Positions 31,621 to 46,108 of a stretch of DNA of 64,000 nt are shown here, piece by piece. Under the pieces are notes generated by a model. It worked only from the letters and a program-made list of their open reading frames with translations, was not told where the DNA came from and searched no databases. This DNA comes from Chrysomallon squamiferum (lineage: Eukaryota; Animalia; Mollusca). Where the stretch lies: assembly GCA_012295275.1 (NCBI GenBank), contig CM022673.1, forward strand, positions 12,338,001 to 12,402,000, written 5' to 3'. A program made the position numbers and the translations under genes. Position 1 is the stretch's first letter. Each line of letters opens with the position of its first letter.

Positions 31621-32730
31621 TGTGTATATGTGTGTGTCTGTCTGTTTGTCTGTGTATCTCTCTGTTTTGGTGTGTATATGTGTGTGTCTGTCTGTTTGTC
31701 TGTGTATCTCTCTGTTTTGGTGTATATATGTGTGTGTGTCTGTTTGTCTGTGTATATCTCTGTTTTGGTGTATATATGTGTGTGTGTCTGTTTGTCTGTG
31801 TATCTCTCTGTTTTGGTGTATATATGTGTGTGTGTGTCTGTCTGTCTGTGTATCTATCCATTTTGGTCTATATATGTGTGTGTGTCTGTTTGTCTGTGTA
31901 TCTCTCTGTTTTGGTGTATATATGTGTGTGTCTGTCTGTTTGTCTGTGTATCTCTCTGTTTTGGTGTATATATGTGTGTGTGTGTCTGTTTGTCTGTGTA
32001 TCTCTCTGTTTTGGTGTATATATGTGTGTGTGTGTCTGTCTGTCTGTGTATCTATCCATTTTGGTGTATATATGTGTGTGTGTCTGTTTGTCTGTGTATC
32101 TCTCTGTTTTGGTGTATATATGTGTGTGTGTCTGTTTGTCTGTGTATCTCTCTGTTTTGGTGTATATATGTGTGTGTGTCTGTTTGTCTGTGTATCTCTC
32201 TGTTTTGGTGTATATATGTGTGTGTGTCTGTTTGTCTGTGTATCTCTCTGTTTTGGTGTATATATGTGTGTGTCTGTCTGTTTGTCTGTGTATCTCTCTG
32301 TTTTGGTGTATATATGTGTGTGTGTGTCTGTCTGTCTGTGTATCTATCTGTTTTGGTGTATATATGTGTGTGTGTCTGTTTGTCTGTGTATCTCTCTGTT
32401 TTGGTGTATATATGTGTGTGTCTGTCTGTTTGTCTGTGTATCTCTCTGTTTTGGTGTATATATGTGTGTGTGTCTGTTTGTCTGTGTATATCTCTGTTTT
32501 GGTGTATATATGTGTGTGTGTGTCTGTCTGTCTGTGTATCTATCTGTTTTGGTGTATATATGTGTGTGTGTCTGTTTGTCTGTGTATCTCTCTGTTTTGG
32601 TGTATATATGTGTGTGTCTGTCTGTCTGTCTGTGTATCTCTCTGTTTTGGTGTATATATGTGTGTGTTTTTGTTTGTGTGTATATATGTGTGTGTGTGTC
32701 TGTCTGTCTGTGTATCTATCTGTTTTGGTG
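31620..32730. repeat. Minisatellite, 48-52 bp unit, about 22 copies
   Basis: Unit tctctgttttggtgtatatatgtgtgtgtgtctgtttgtctgtgtatc. It accounts for the three overlapping ~400 aa Cys/Val ORFs. Confidence 0.9.
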
Positions 32731-32881
32731 TGTTTATTGCGTATCCGAAAACCGTATACTTCTCGTCCATCCTGTTTTTTCTCTTTCTGTAATTTTTTAT
32801 GGTTTACATTGATTTTATTATTATTATTATTATTATTATTATGTTATTTTATGTTATGTTAAATAAATCGTCAGACATCTG

Positions 32882-33002
<121 letters not shown>

Positions 33003-33034
33003 GGGAGAGAAGAAGAGAGAGATAGACAGAGAGA

Positions 33035-33163
<129 letters not shown>

Positions 33164-33222
33164 CAAGTAAGATAGTGATAATAATAATTTATAAATAAAA
33201 TATTTGTGTGTATATTTGTGTG

Positions 33223-33407
33223 TAGGTTTCTTCATGGCTGAACAGTATCGTCGTCCGCCTTCAGAGTGCGGGTGAATGGATGTCAAACGTTCGAGTCTCG
33301 TCAGCGGAAGCTGACGGGTTTGTGAGTTCGTGATTGGACTTTGTCCTCCTGCGTCAGTGCGTTCCTGAATATTGTCTGTGTGCAGAGTCTAATCAGACGT
33401 ACATAAT
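33223..33407 (+). mobile_element. tRNA-derived SINE copy
   Basis: A-box-like TGGCTGAACAG near 33235 and B-box-like GTTCGAGTCTC near 33289. Confidence 0.65.
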
Positions 33408-34799
33408 ACATCCTGTTTTTCCTATTTCTGTATTTTTTTCTGGTTTTCATTGATTTTATTATTATTATTATTATTTTTATTTTATGTAAATAAATCGTCA
33501 AACATCTGAGAGAGAGAGAGAGAGTGAGAGAGAGAGAGTGAAAGAGAAAGAGAGAGTGAGAGAGAGAGAGAGAGTGAGACAGAGAAAAAAAAGGCAAGAA
33601 AGAGAGTGTATTGCGTGTGTGATAATAATAAATTATATTAAAAAAAAAAGGTTAAAAAAAAAAAGGTGCCCGATTTTTTCTTTTTACACAATAATTGTAA
33701 ATTTACGTACGTACACGGTCAAAGGTTAAAGTATTATGACGTCAACAACAACAACCTTTCACCTTTCGATATTCAGTTTGTCCTTACAGTGTCTTGTTTA
33801 TCTTGAAGTTTTACCAGGATGTGAAAGGTAAGTGTTGAGATTTAGAAGATATAATAATGTTATAATAATGTCATTATTACTTTTATTTGTTTTGTTATTC
33901 TTCTTCTTATTATTATAATTGTTGTTGTTGTTGTTGTTTCTGCTAGGTACTTTTTTTTTTTGTTAATTAGAAACAAATAAATCAACTGTTCCATTAATTG
34001 TCATAAATTTTGAAAAACACTAACAAAATCATTTCAGATTAACAAAAATCATTACTGGTAATATATATATATATATATATAATTAAATAAGTGGTAAGTA
34101 AGCAAATAAATAAATGAAAGTAATAAAGACAACTACCATAATAATAATAGATTATGTACTAATACTACTACTATCACATGCTACTACTATTACCTATACT
34201 GCTATTACTATTGCTAATAATAATAGCAGTTATAATAATAATCATGATTATGACAATGATAATGATGATAACAACTGTAATAAATTAAAAATAATAATAA
34301 TAATAAATGATTGCTAAGTATTAAATAAACTGTTTATTGAAATAAGAAGACAACTTAATAATGTATTAAACCTTTTTACGTTTCTGATTTTTCACAGTAA
34401 AATGCAGTTATATTAATGAAAGCTAACTTTAGGCATATCTTGTAGAAAGGCAATGGTTTTCTTCTCTGCCGTGTTAATTGTAATCAGATTGTATATGTAA
34501 GTCGGATTTTATAAGATCATTCTTTTTTTTTATTGTTGTTGTACATATTTCATCCGTGTATGTTTGTGTTTGTTAATATGTATGTGTGTGTGTGTGCGTG
34601 TGTGCGTGTGTGTGTCTGCGCGCATTAACCAAAAGAGACATATAAATAAAATCGACGTAAACAATATACTTCCTTTAGATAGTTTGACATCTTTTGTAGA
34701 ACTGTATATGTATGTGTGTGTATATGTATGTGTGTATATCTGTCTGTGTATATTTGTGTGTATGTGTATGTATGTGTGTATGCGTGTTTTCAGGAACGA

Positions 34800-34932
34800 A
34801 TATTCTAGACTCTGTACAGAGACAATATCTGGGAACGCACGACCTCACAAAGTTCAGATGCCGCTGACGAGACTCGAACCTATGACTCCCATTCGCCCGC
34901 ACTTTGAAGGCAACGTTACCGTTCAGCCATCA
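34800..34932 (-). mobile_element. SINE copy with internal deletion (homologs at 39919-40051 and 44872-45004)
   Basis: agactctgtacagagacaatatctgggaacgcacgacctcacaa...gagactcgaacc...gttaccgttcagccat. Confidence 0.6.
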
Positions 34933-35347
34933 AAACAATCCAGTGTATGTATCTGTGTATGTATATATGTATGTATGACTTTACGTTTATAAGAATGCAT
35001 GTACGTATGTATTTATGTGTAAAAGCATAAAAGTATGTAAATGTGTATGTATATATGTGTATATATATATATATATATGTCTGTATGTTTGTATGTAAGT
35101 AAGTGTGCATGTATGTGTGTACGTATCTATGTATGTATTTATATTTGTGTATGTGTGTGTGCGTGTGTGTGGTTTGCAAATAAATAAAGAAAGAAAGAAA
35201 TCTAGAATTAAATATCACAAACACTGTTAAATAAATTCATACATTTTTTTTAATTACAAATATAAACACAACAAACACAAACACATGATATCAACACAGC
35301 GTACACATTTTCAGGATATCGTGGTAGCAGTAAAAATGTTTTAGAAT

Positions 35348-36139
<792 letters not shown>

Positions 36140-36182
36140 GACGTCACAGCAAAATATTCAAATCAGTGAAAGACCAACAATG

Positions 36183-36239
<57 letters not shown>

Positions 36240-37619
36240 TAAATGAATAAAAGTAAAAATAAAGATATACTACTGATAATAATAACTGCTCGAAAAACAT
36301 TTAAATAAACACACTTAAATAAAACAAAGGTATATCAGTTATATACTATTAATTAACTGCATGTTGAAATCCGTTACAGTTTTCAAATAAATGTTTTTGT
36401 GTGTGTATTTATGTGTGTGTGTGTGTTTGTATGTATATATTAGCTGGTTACTGTTTTAAAATATCAACTTTATCCTGCGATAGCTTAGGACATTAACCAG
36501 TTATTTGTTTTATCTTGCAGCCCTAAATAATATGAAAATCAAAATGAAAGTATATTTCTTAAATATTTATTCTTGACAGTACTATTGATTTCGTTGTCTT
36601 TATAGTTTTTAAATAACACCAATTTATTTGTTAATTATTTGAATGAAAAGAGTTTTTATCTTTTTTATTATTGTTGCTATTTTGTTTTGATTGCTTGTTT
36701 CTTTCCGAAAAGATATAAGCCAACAATTGAACACGAAAGGAGTAACTTTGTAACCAATAAGTAATTTATGAAATAATCTATATTTATCTAGTTATCACAT
36801 CTATATTTATCTAGTTATCACATCTATATTTATAGTGATATATATATATATATATATGTTTGCTTTCTGACAATTGTTCAAATAAACAAGTAAAATCTAC
36901 TCACCAAATTTACAACTGTTCTAACAGTGAAAGACTGTTGCTGTACTTACCACTTACAAAATCTCACGTATTTATACAACATTTTAAATCTTTGTTTTTA
37001 TGTGCACATTGCCGTAAAAATACAAAACACAAATATTGTTGCTATTGATTAATTAGCTGATAAATAAACACAAGTCGTAAACAAAAATAAAGAGTAATTA
37101 AAATTTAAACTATTTCATGTTTATCGTCGTTACTAAAAATAACTATGATGCTATTTCTTTTCTTCTTCTTCCTTTGTTTTTTCCTATTCTGCTTTGTTGA
37201 AAATTAATCCATTATTCCCCGAACTTTAATTGAAAAAAGAAGTTTTTCATTACATTTACTACTGTTATGTTGATTATTAGGTTCCAAATAACAATGTACT
37301 GTTACATTTCTTATATGAAATACATTGTTACGCAGTGATAAGGAATATTGTAAACTGCTCTGTGTGTGTGCGTGTCTTTGCGTGTCTGTGTGTGTTTGTG
37401 TTGTATTTTATCAGTGCGTTTTGTACATATCTATATGCATGTATATATCTGCATTTAGGTGTGTGTGTGCATTACCTATATGTGTGTATATGTGTATAAA
37501 TGTGTGTATATATATTATTATCACACACACCAATACACTCTTTCTTTCTTTTTTTTTTATATCTCTCTCTCTATCTATGTTTGCATCTCTGTGTCTGTAT
37601 GTCTCTGTATTTTTCTCTC

Positions 37620-38190
37620 TATATATTTGTGTGTATCTTGTATATTTGTGTGTATATTTGTATATGTATGTATTTGTGTGTATATTTTGTGTGTATATTT
37701 GTGTGTATATTTGTGTGTATATTTGTGTGTATATTTGTGTGTATATTTGTGTGTGTATATTTGATGTGTGCGAAGCCTGTGTGTATATTTGTGTGTGAAT
37801 GGATTTGTGTAATATTTTTGTGTATATATTTTGTGTGTATTTGTGTCTGTGTATATTTGTGTGTATATTTGTGTGTATCTTGTGTGTGTGTGTATATTTG
37901 TGTATATATTTGTGTATATTTGTATATTTCATATATATATATTGTGTGTATATTTATTTGTGTATATTTGTGTGTATATTTGTGTGTATTTGTGTGTGTT
38001 TGTGTATATTTGTATGTGTTTGTGTGTATGTTTGTGTGTATGTTTGTGTGTATTTTGTGTGTATATTTGTGTGTATGTTTCTGTCTGTCTGTTTGTGTAT
38101 ATTTGTGTGTTTTTGTGTATATATTTGTGTGTATATTTGTGTGTGTGTATTTTGTGTGTATATTTTGTTTGTATGTTTGTGTATATTCGT
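37620..38190. repeat. Degenerate 12-bp tandem repeat (gtgtgtatattt)n
   Basis: Direct reading. A more homogeneous homolog lies at 42760-43180. Confidence 0.8.
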
Positions 38191-38194
38191 GTTG

Positions 38195-38377
38195 TTTCTT
38201 CATGGCAGAACGGTATCGTCGTCTGCCTTCAGAGAGCGGGTGAATGGATGTACAAATGTTCGAGTCTCGTCAGCGGCATCTGACGGGTTTGTGAGGTCGT
38301 GATTGGACTTTCTCCTCTTTCGCCAGTGCGTTCCTGAATATTTTCTATGTGCAGAGTCTATTCAGACGTACATAATA
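38195..38377 (+). mobile_element. tRNA-derived SINE copy
   Basis: TGGCAGAACGG A box and GTTCGAGTCTC B-box-like motif. Confidence 0.65.
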
Positions 38378-38474
38378 CATCCTGTTTTTCCTATGTCTGT
38401 ATTTTTTTCTGGTTTTCATTGATTTTATTATTATTATTATTATTTTTATTTTATGTAAATAAATCGTCAAACAT

Positions 38475-38646
<172 letters not shown>

Positions 38647-40464
38647 CAGAGAGTGAGAGAGAGAGAAAAAAAGGCAAGAAAGAGAGTGTATTGCGTGTGT
38701 GATAATAATAAATTATATTTTAAAAAAAAAAAAAAAAAGAGAGAGAGAAAAAGGTGCCCGATTTTTTATATTAAAAAAAAGGTTAAAAAAAAATGGTGCC
38801 CGATTTTTTCTTTTTACACAATAATTGTAAATTTACGTACGTACGCGGTCAAAGGTTAAAGTATTGTGACGTCAACAACAACAACCTTTCACCTTTCGAT
38901 ATTCAGTTTGTCCTTACAGTGTCTTGTTTATCTTGAAGTTTTACCAGGATGTGAAAGGTAAGTGTTGAGATTTAGAAGATATAATAATGTTATAATAATG
39001 TCATTGTTACTTTTATTTGTTTTGTTATTCTTCTTCTTATTATTATAATTGTTGTTGTTGTTGTTGTTTCTGCTAGGTAGGTACTTTTTTTTTTTGTTAA
39101 TTAGAAACAAATAAATCAACTGTTCCATTAATTGTCATAAATTTTGAAAAACACTAACAAAATCATTTCAGATTAACAAAAATCATTACTGGTAATATAT
39201 ATAATTAAATAAGTGGTAAGTAAGCAAATAAATAAATGAAAGTAATAAAGACAACTACCATAATAATAATAGATTATGTACTAATACTACTACTATCACA
39301 TGCTACTACTATTACCTATACTGTTATTACTATTGCTAATAATAATAGCAGTTATAATAATAATCATGATTATGACAATGATAATGATGATAACAACTGT
39401 AATAAATTAAAAATAATAATAATAATAAATGATTGCTAAGTATTAAATAAACTGTTTATTGAAATAAGAAGACAACTTAATAATGTATTAAACCTTTTTA
39501 CGTTTCTGATTTTTCACAGTAAAATGCAGTTATATTAATGAAAGCTAACTTGAGGCATATCTTGTAGAAAGGCAATGGTTTTCTTCTCTGCCGTGTTAAT
39601 TGTAATCAGATTGTATATGTAAGTCAGATTTTATAAGATCATTCTTTTTTTTATTGTTGTTGTACATATTTCATCCGTGTATGTTTGTGTTTGTTAATAT
39701 GTATGTGTGTGTGTGCGTGTGTGCGTGTGTGTGTCTGCGCGCATTAACCAAAAGAGACATATAAATAAAATCGACGTAAACAATATACTTCCTTTAGATA
39801 GTTTGACATCTTTTGTAGAACTGTATATGTATGTGTGTGTATATGTATGTGTGTATATCTGTCTGTGTATATTTGTGTGTATGTGTATGTATGTGTGTAT
39901 GCGTGTTTTCAGGAACGAATATTCTAGACTCTGTACAGAGACAATATCTGGGAACGCACGACCTCACAAAGTTCAGATGCCGCTGACGAGACTCGAACCT
40001 ATGACTCCCATTCGCCCGCACTTTGAAGGCAACGTTACCGTTCAGCCATCAAAACAATCCAGTGTATGTATCTGTGTATGTATATATGTATGTATGACTT
40101 TACGTTTATAAGAATGCATGTACGTATGTATTTATGTGTAAAAGCATAAAAGTATGTAAATGTGTATGTATATATGTGTATATATATATATATATGTCTG
40201 TATGTTTGTATGTAAGTAAGTGTGCATGTATGTGTGTACGTATCTATGTATGTATTTATATTTGTGTATGTGTGTGTGCGTGTGTGTGGTTAACAAATAA
40301 ATAAAGAAAGAAAGAAATCTAGAATTAAATATCACAAACACTGTTAAATAAATTCATACATTTTTTTTAATTACAAATATAAACACAACAAACACAAACA
40401 CATGATATCAACACAGCGTACACATTTTCAGGATATCGTGGTAGCAGTAAAAATGTTTTAGAAT

Positions 40465-41240
<776 letters not shown>

Positions 41241-41294
41241 GACGTCACAGCAAAATATTCAAATCAGTGAAAGACCAACAATGCTGAATAATAC

Positions 41295-41325
<31 letters not shown>

Positions 41326-42759
41326 TAAATGAATAAAATTAAAAGTAAAGATATACTACTGATAATAATAACTGCTCGAGAAACATTTAAACAAACACAC
41401 TTAAATAAAGCAAAGATATATCAGTTATATACTATTAATTAGCTGCACGTTGAAATCGTTACAGTTTTCAAATAAATGTTCTTGTGTGTGTATGTATGTC
41501 TGTCTGTGTGTGTGTATGAATGCGTGTGTGTGTGTGTGTATGCATGTGTGTGTGAGTGCGTGTTTGTATGTATGTGTGTGTGTATGCATGTGTGTGTGTG
41601 TTCGTGTTTGTATATGTATATTAGCTGGTTACTGTTTTAAAATATCAACTTTATCCTGCGATAGCTTAGGACATTAACCAGTTATTTGTTTTATCTTGCA
41701 GCCCTAAATAATATGAAAACCAAAATGAAAGTATATTTCTTAAATATTTACTCTTGACAGTAGTATTGATTTCGTTGTCTTTATAGTTTTTAAATAACAC
41801 CAATTTATTTGTTAATTATTTGAATGTAAAGAGTTTTTATCTTTTTTATTATTGTTGCTATTTTGTTTTGATTGCTTGTTTCTTTCCGAAAAGATATAAG
41901 CCAACAATTGAACACGAAAGCAGTAACTTTGTAACCAATAAGTAATTTATGAAATAATCTATATTTATCTAGTTAACACATCTATATTTATAGTGATATA
42001 TATATATATATTTGCTTTCTGACAATTGTTCAAATAAACAAGTAAAATCTACTCACCAAGTTTACAACTGATCTAACTGAAAGACTGTTGCTGTACTTAC
42101 CACTTACAAAATCTCACGTATTTATACAACATTTTAAATCTTTGTTTTTATGTGCACATTGCCGGAAGAATACAAAACACAAATATTGTTGCTATTGATT
42201 AATGAGTTGATAAATAAACAAAAGTCGTAAACAAAAATAAAGAGTAATTAAAATTTAAACTATTTCATGTTTATCATCGTTAAAAAAAATAACTGTGATG
42301 CTATTTCTTTTCTTCTTCTTCCTTTGTTTTTTCCTATTCTGCTTTGTTGAAAATTAATCCATTATTCCCCGAACTTTAATTGAAAAAAGAAGTTTTCATT
42401 ACATTTACTACTGTTATGTTGATTATTAGGTTCCAAATAACAATGTACTGTTACATTTCTTATATGAAATACATTGTTACGTAATGATAAGGAATATTGT
42501 AAACTGATCTGTTTGTGTGTGCGTATCTTTGCGTGTCTGCGTGTGTTTGTGTTGTATTTTTTCAGTGCGTTGTGTACATATCTATATGCATGTATATATC
42601 TGCATTTAGGTGTGTGTGTGCATTACCTATATGTGCATGTGTGTATAAATGTGTGTATATATATTATTATCACACACGCAATACACTCTCTTTCTTGCCT
42701 TTTTTCTCTCTCTCTCTTATATATATGTATGCATGCATGTATGTATGTATATATGTTTG

Positions 42760-43180
42760 TGTGTATATTTGTGTGTATGTATGTATGTATATTTGTGTGA
42801 ATATTTGTGTGTATATTTGTGTGTATATTTGTGTGAATATTTGTGTGTATATTTGTGTGTATATTTGTGTGTATATTTGTGTATATATTTGTGTGTATAT
42901 TTGTATGTATATTTGTGTGTATATTTGTGTGTATATTTGGATATATATTTGTGTGTATATTTGTATATATATTTGTGTGTATATTTGTGTGTATATTTGT
43001 GTGTATATTTGTGTGTATGTTTGTGTGTATATTTGTGTGTATATTTGTGTGTATGTTTGTGTGTATATTTGTGTGTATGTTTGTGTGTATGTTTGTGTGT
43101 ATATTTGTGTGTATATTTGTGTGTATATTTGTATGTATATTTGTGTGTATATTTGTGTGTATATTTGTGTGTATATTCGT
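42760..43180. repeat. 12-bp tandem repeat (gtgtgtatattt)n
   Basis: Near-perfect array that produces the KYTH/CVYI ORFs. Confidence 0.85.
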
Positions 43181-43183
43181 GTG

Positions 43184-43368
43184 TAGGTTTCTTCATGGCA
43201 GAACGGTATCGTCGTCTGCCTTCAGAGAGCGGGTGAATAGATGTCAAATGTTCGAGTCTCGTCAGCGGCATCTGACGGGTTTGTGAGGTCGTGTTTGGAC
43301 TTTCTCCTCTTTCGCCAGTGCGTTCCTGAATATTTTCTGTGTGCAGAGTCTAATCAGACGAACATAAT
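43184..43368 (+). mobile_element. tRNA-derived SINE copy
   Basis: Nearly identical to 38195-38377. Confidence 0.65.
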
Positions 43369-43467
43369 ACATCCTGTTTTTCCTATTTCTGTATTTTTTC
43401 TGGTTTTCATTGATTTTATTATTATTATTATTATTTTTATTTTATGTAAATAAATCGTCAAACATCT

Positions 43468-43536
<69 letters not shown>

Positions 43537-44051
43537 AGAGAGAGACTGAAAGAGAGTGAGAAAGTGAGAGTGAGAGAGAGAAAAAACGCAAGAAAGAGAG
43601 TGTATTGCATGTGTGTGATAATAATAAATTATATTAAAAAAAAAAAGGTTAAAAAAAAAAAGGTGCCCGATTTTTTCTTTTTACACAATAATTGTAAATT
43701 TACGTACGTACACGGTCAAAGGTTAAAGTATTGTGACGTCAACAACAACAACCTTTCACCTTTCGATATTCAGTTTGTCCTTACAGTGTCTTGTTTATCT
43801 TGAAGTTTTACCAGGATGTGAAAGTTAAGTGTTGAGATTTAGAAGATATAATAATGTTATAATAATGTCATTATTACTTTTATTTGTTTTGTTATTGTTA
43901 TTATTGTTATAATTGTTGTTGTTGTTTCTTCTGGGTACTTTTTTTTTTTTATTTTTGTTTTTGTTAATTAAATCAACTGTTCCATTTGTTGTCATAAGTT
44001 TTTTGAAAAATACTAATAAAATTATTTCAGATTAACAAAAATCATTATTGG

Positions 44052-44088
<37 letters not shown>

Positions 44089-44325
44089 TAAGTAAGTAAG
44101 CAAATAAATAAATAAAAATAATAAAGACCATAATAATAATAGATTATGTACTAATACTACTACTATCACTAATTCTGCTGCCATGCTACTACTATTACCT
44201 ATACAGCTATTACTATTGCTAATAATAATAGCAGTTATAATAATTATCATGATTATGATAATGATGATGATGATAACAACTGTAATAAATTATTAATAAT
44301 AATAATAATAATAAGAACAACAACA

Positions 44326-44379
<54 letters not shown>

Positions 44380-45497
44380 GATTGCTAAGTATTAAATAAA
44401 CTGTTTATTGAAATAAGAAGACAACTTAATAATGTATTAAATCTTTTTACGTTTCTGATTTTTCACAGTAAAACGCAGTTATATTAATGAATGCTAACTT
44501 TAGGCATATCTTGTAGAAAGGCAATGGTTTTCTTCTCTGCCGTGTTAACTGAAATCAGATTGTCTATGTAAGATGGTCAGCCGAGAAACACCTTGTTTTT
44601 CGGATTTTATAAGATCATTCTTTTTTTATTGTTGTTGTACATATTTCATCCGTGTATATTTGTGTTTGTTAATACGTATCTATGTGGGTATGTGTGTGTG
44701 TGTATGCGCGTATTTACCAAAAGAGACATATAAATAAAATTGACATAAACAGTACATTTCCTTTAGATAGTTTGACATTTTTTTGTAGAACTGTATATGT
44801 ATGTGTGTATATCTGTGTGTGTGTATCTGTGTGTATGTGTATATATGTGTGTATGCGTGTTTTCAGGAACGAATATTCTAGACTCTGTACAGAGATAATA
44901 TCTGGGAACTCACGACCTCACAAAGTTCAGATGCCGCTGACGAGACTCGAACCTATGACTCCCATTCACCCGCACTTTGAAGGCAACGTTACCGTTCAGC
45001 CATCAAAACAATCCAGTGTATGTATCTGTGTATGTATGTATGTATGTATGTTTTTACGTTTATAAGTATGTATGTATGTACGCATGTATTTATGTGTAAA
45101 TGCATAAATGTATGTGTATGTGTATGTATATATGTATATATGTATATATGTTTGTATGTTTGTATGTATGTATGTATGTATGTATGTATGTGTGTATGTA
45201 TATGTATGTGTATATGTATATGTTAACGTATGTATGTATGTATTTATGTATTTATGCTTGTGTGTAGGCGGGATGAAATGTTAGTGTGTGTGTGTGTGTG
45301 TGTGTGTGGTAGATAAAAATTAAAATAAATAAACCTAGAATTAAATATCACAAACACTGTTAAATAAATTCATACATTTTTGTTTAATTACAAATATAAA
45401 CACAACAAACACAAACACATGATATCAACACAACGTACACATTATATTACATTTTCAGGATCTCGTGGTAGCAGTAAAAATGTTTTAGAATTTATTT

Positions 45498-46108
45498 TCA
45501 CTTTTTGTCCCATCCGAATCCGTCTCTGTCCCCCCATCCATCTCCACCCCACATTCGTCCAAACCCGCCCATGCCCATGCCCATACCCATACCCATACCC
45601 CTCATACCCATACCCCCCATACCCCCCATACCCATCATCGGATAACCACCGTACATTCCACCACGAAAGCCGCCATATAATCCACCAAAACCCATTCTTC
45701 CGAATCCCCCTCCCATGCCAAATCCTCCCATGCCAAAACCACCTCTCATTCCAAATCCTCCACCATATCCATAGCCCATCATTCTTCCATTATCACCCCA
45801 ATCATCACCGAACCACTGACCTGCAAACAAAACAAACAAATTTATTTATTTATTTAGTTATTACTTAATTAGTGAGCGAATGAACAGATTCTAATAAAAT
45901 CATTACAAGATAAAAAGCTAAATATGTATTGGTAATTGTATCTAGAATATTATGTATATATCTTCGCCAATTATGCACTATGTTTTTCACCTGTGATTTA
46001 ATAAATAAATAAATAAATAAATAAGTAAGTAAGTAAATAAACACGCTTACCGAGTGAGCAGCCAATCACAGCAAAGAGAATAAAGCACGTCAGAGTTATG
46101 TAAGACAT
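45498..46108 (-). CDS. Array copy 7, most divergent (126 aa); exons 46108-46051 and 45820-45498
   Basis: MSYITLTCFILFAVIGCSLG|QWFGDDWGDNGRMMGYGYGGGFGMRGGFG...DGWGDRDGFGWDKK*. Acceptor tttgcag at 45821-45823. Exon 1 donor at 46580-46575. Confidence 0.9.

Noticed and set aside
31620-32862. Three overlapping ~400 aa Cys/Val-rich ORFs
   Set aside because: They are translations of a stop-free minisatellite, open in all three frames.
33223-33300. Functional tRNA gene
   Set aside because: A/B-box-like motifs are present, but there is no clean cloverleaf and it is joined to a repeated non-tRNA body, so it is a SINE head.
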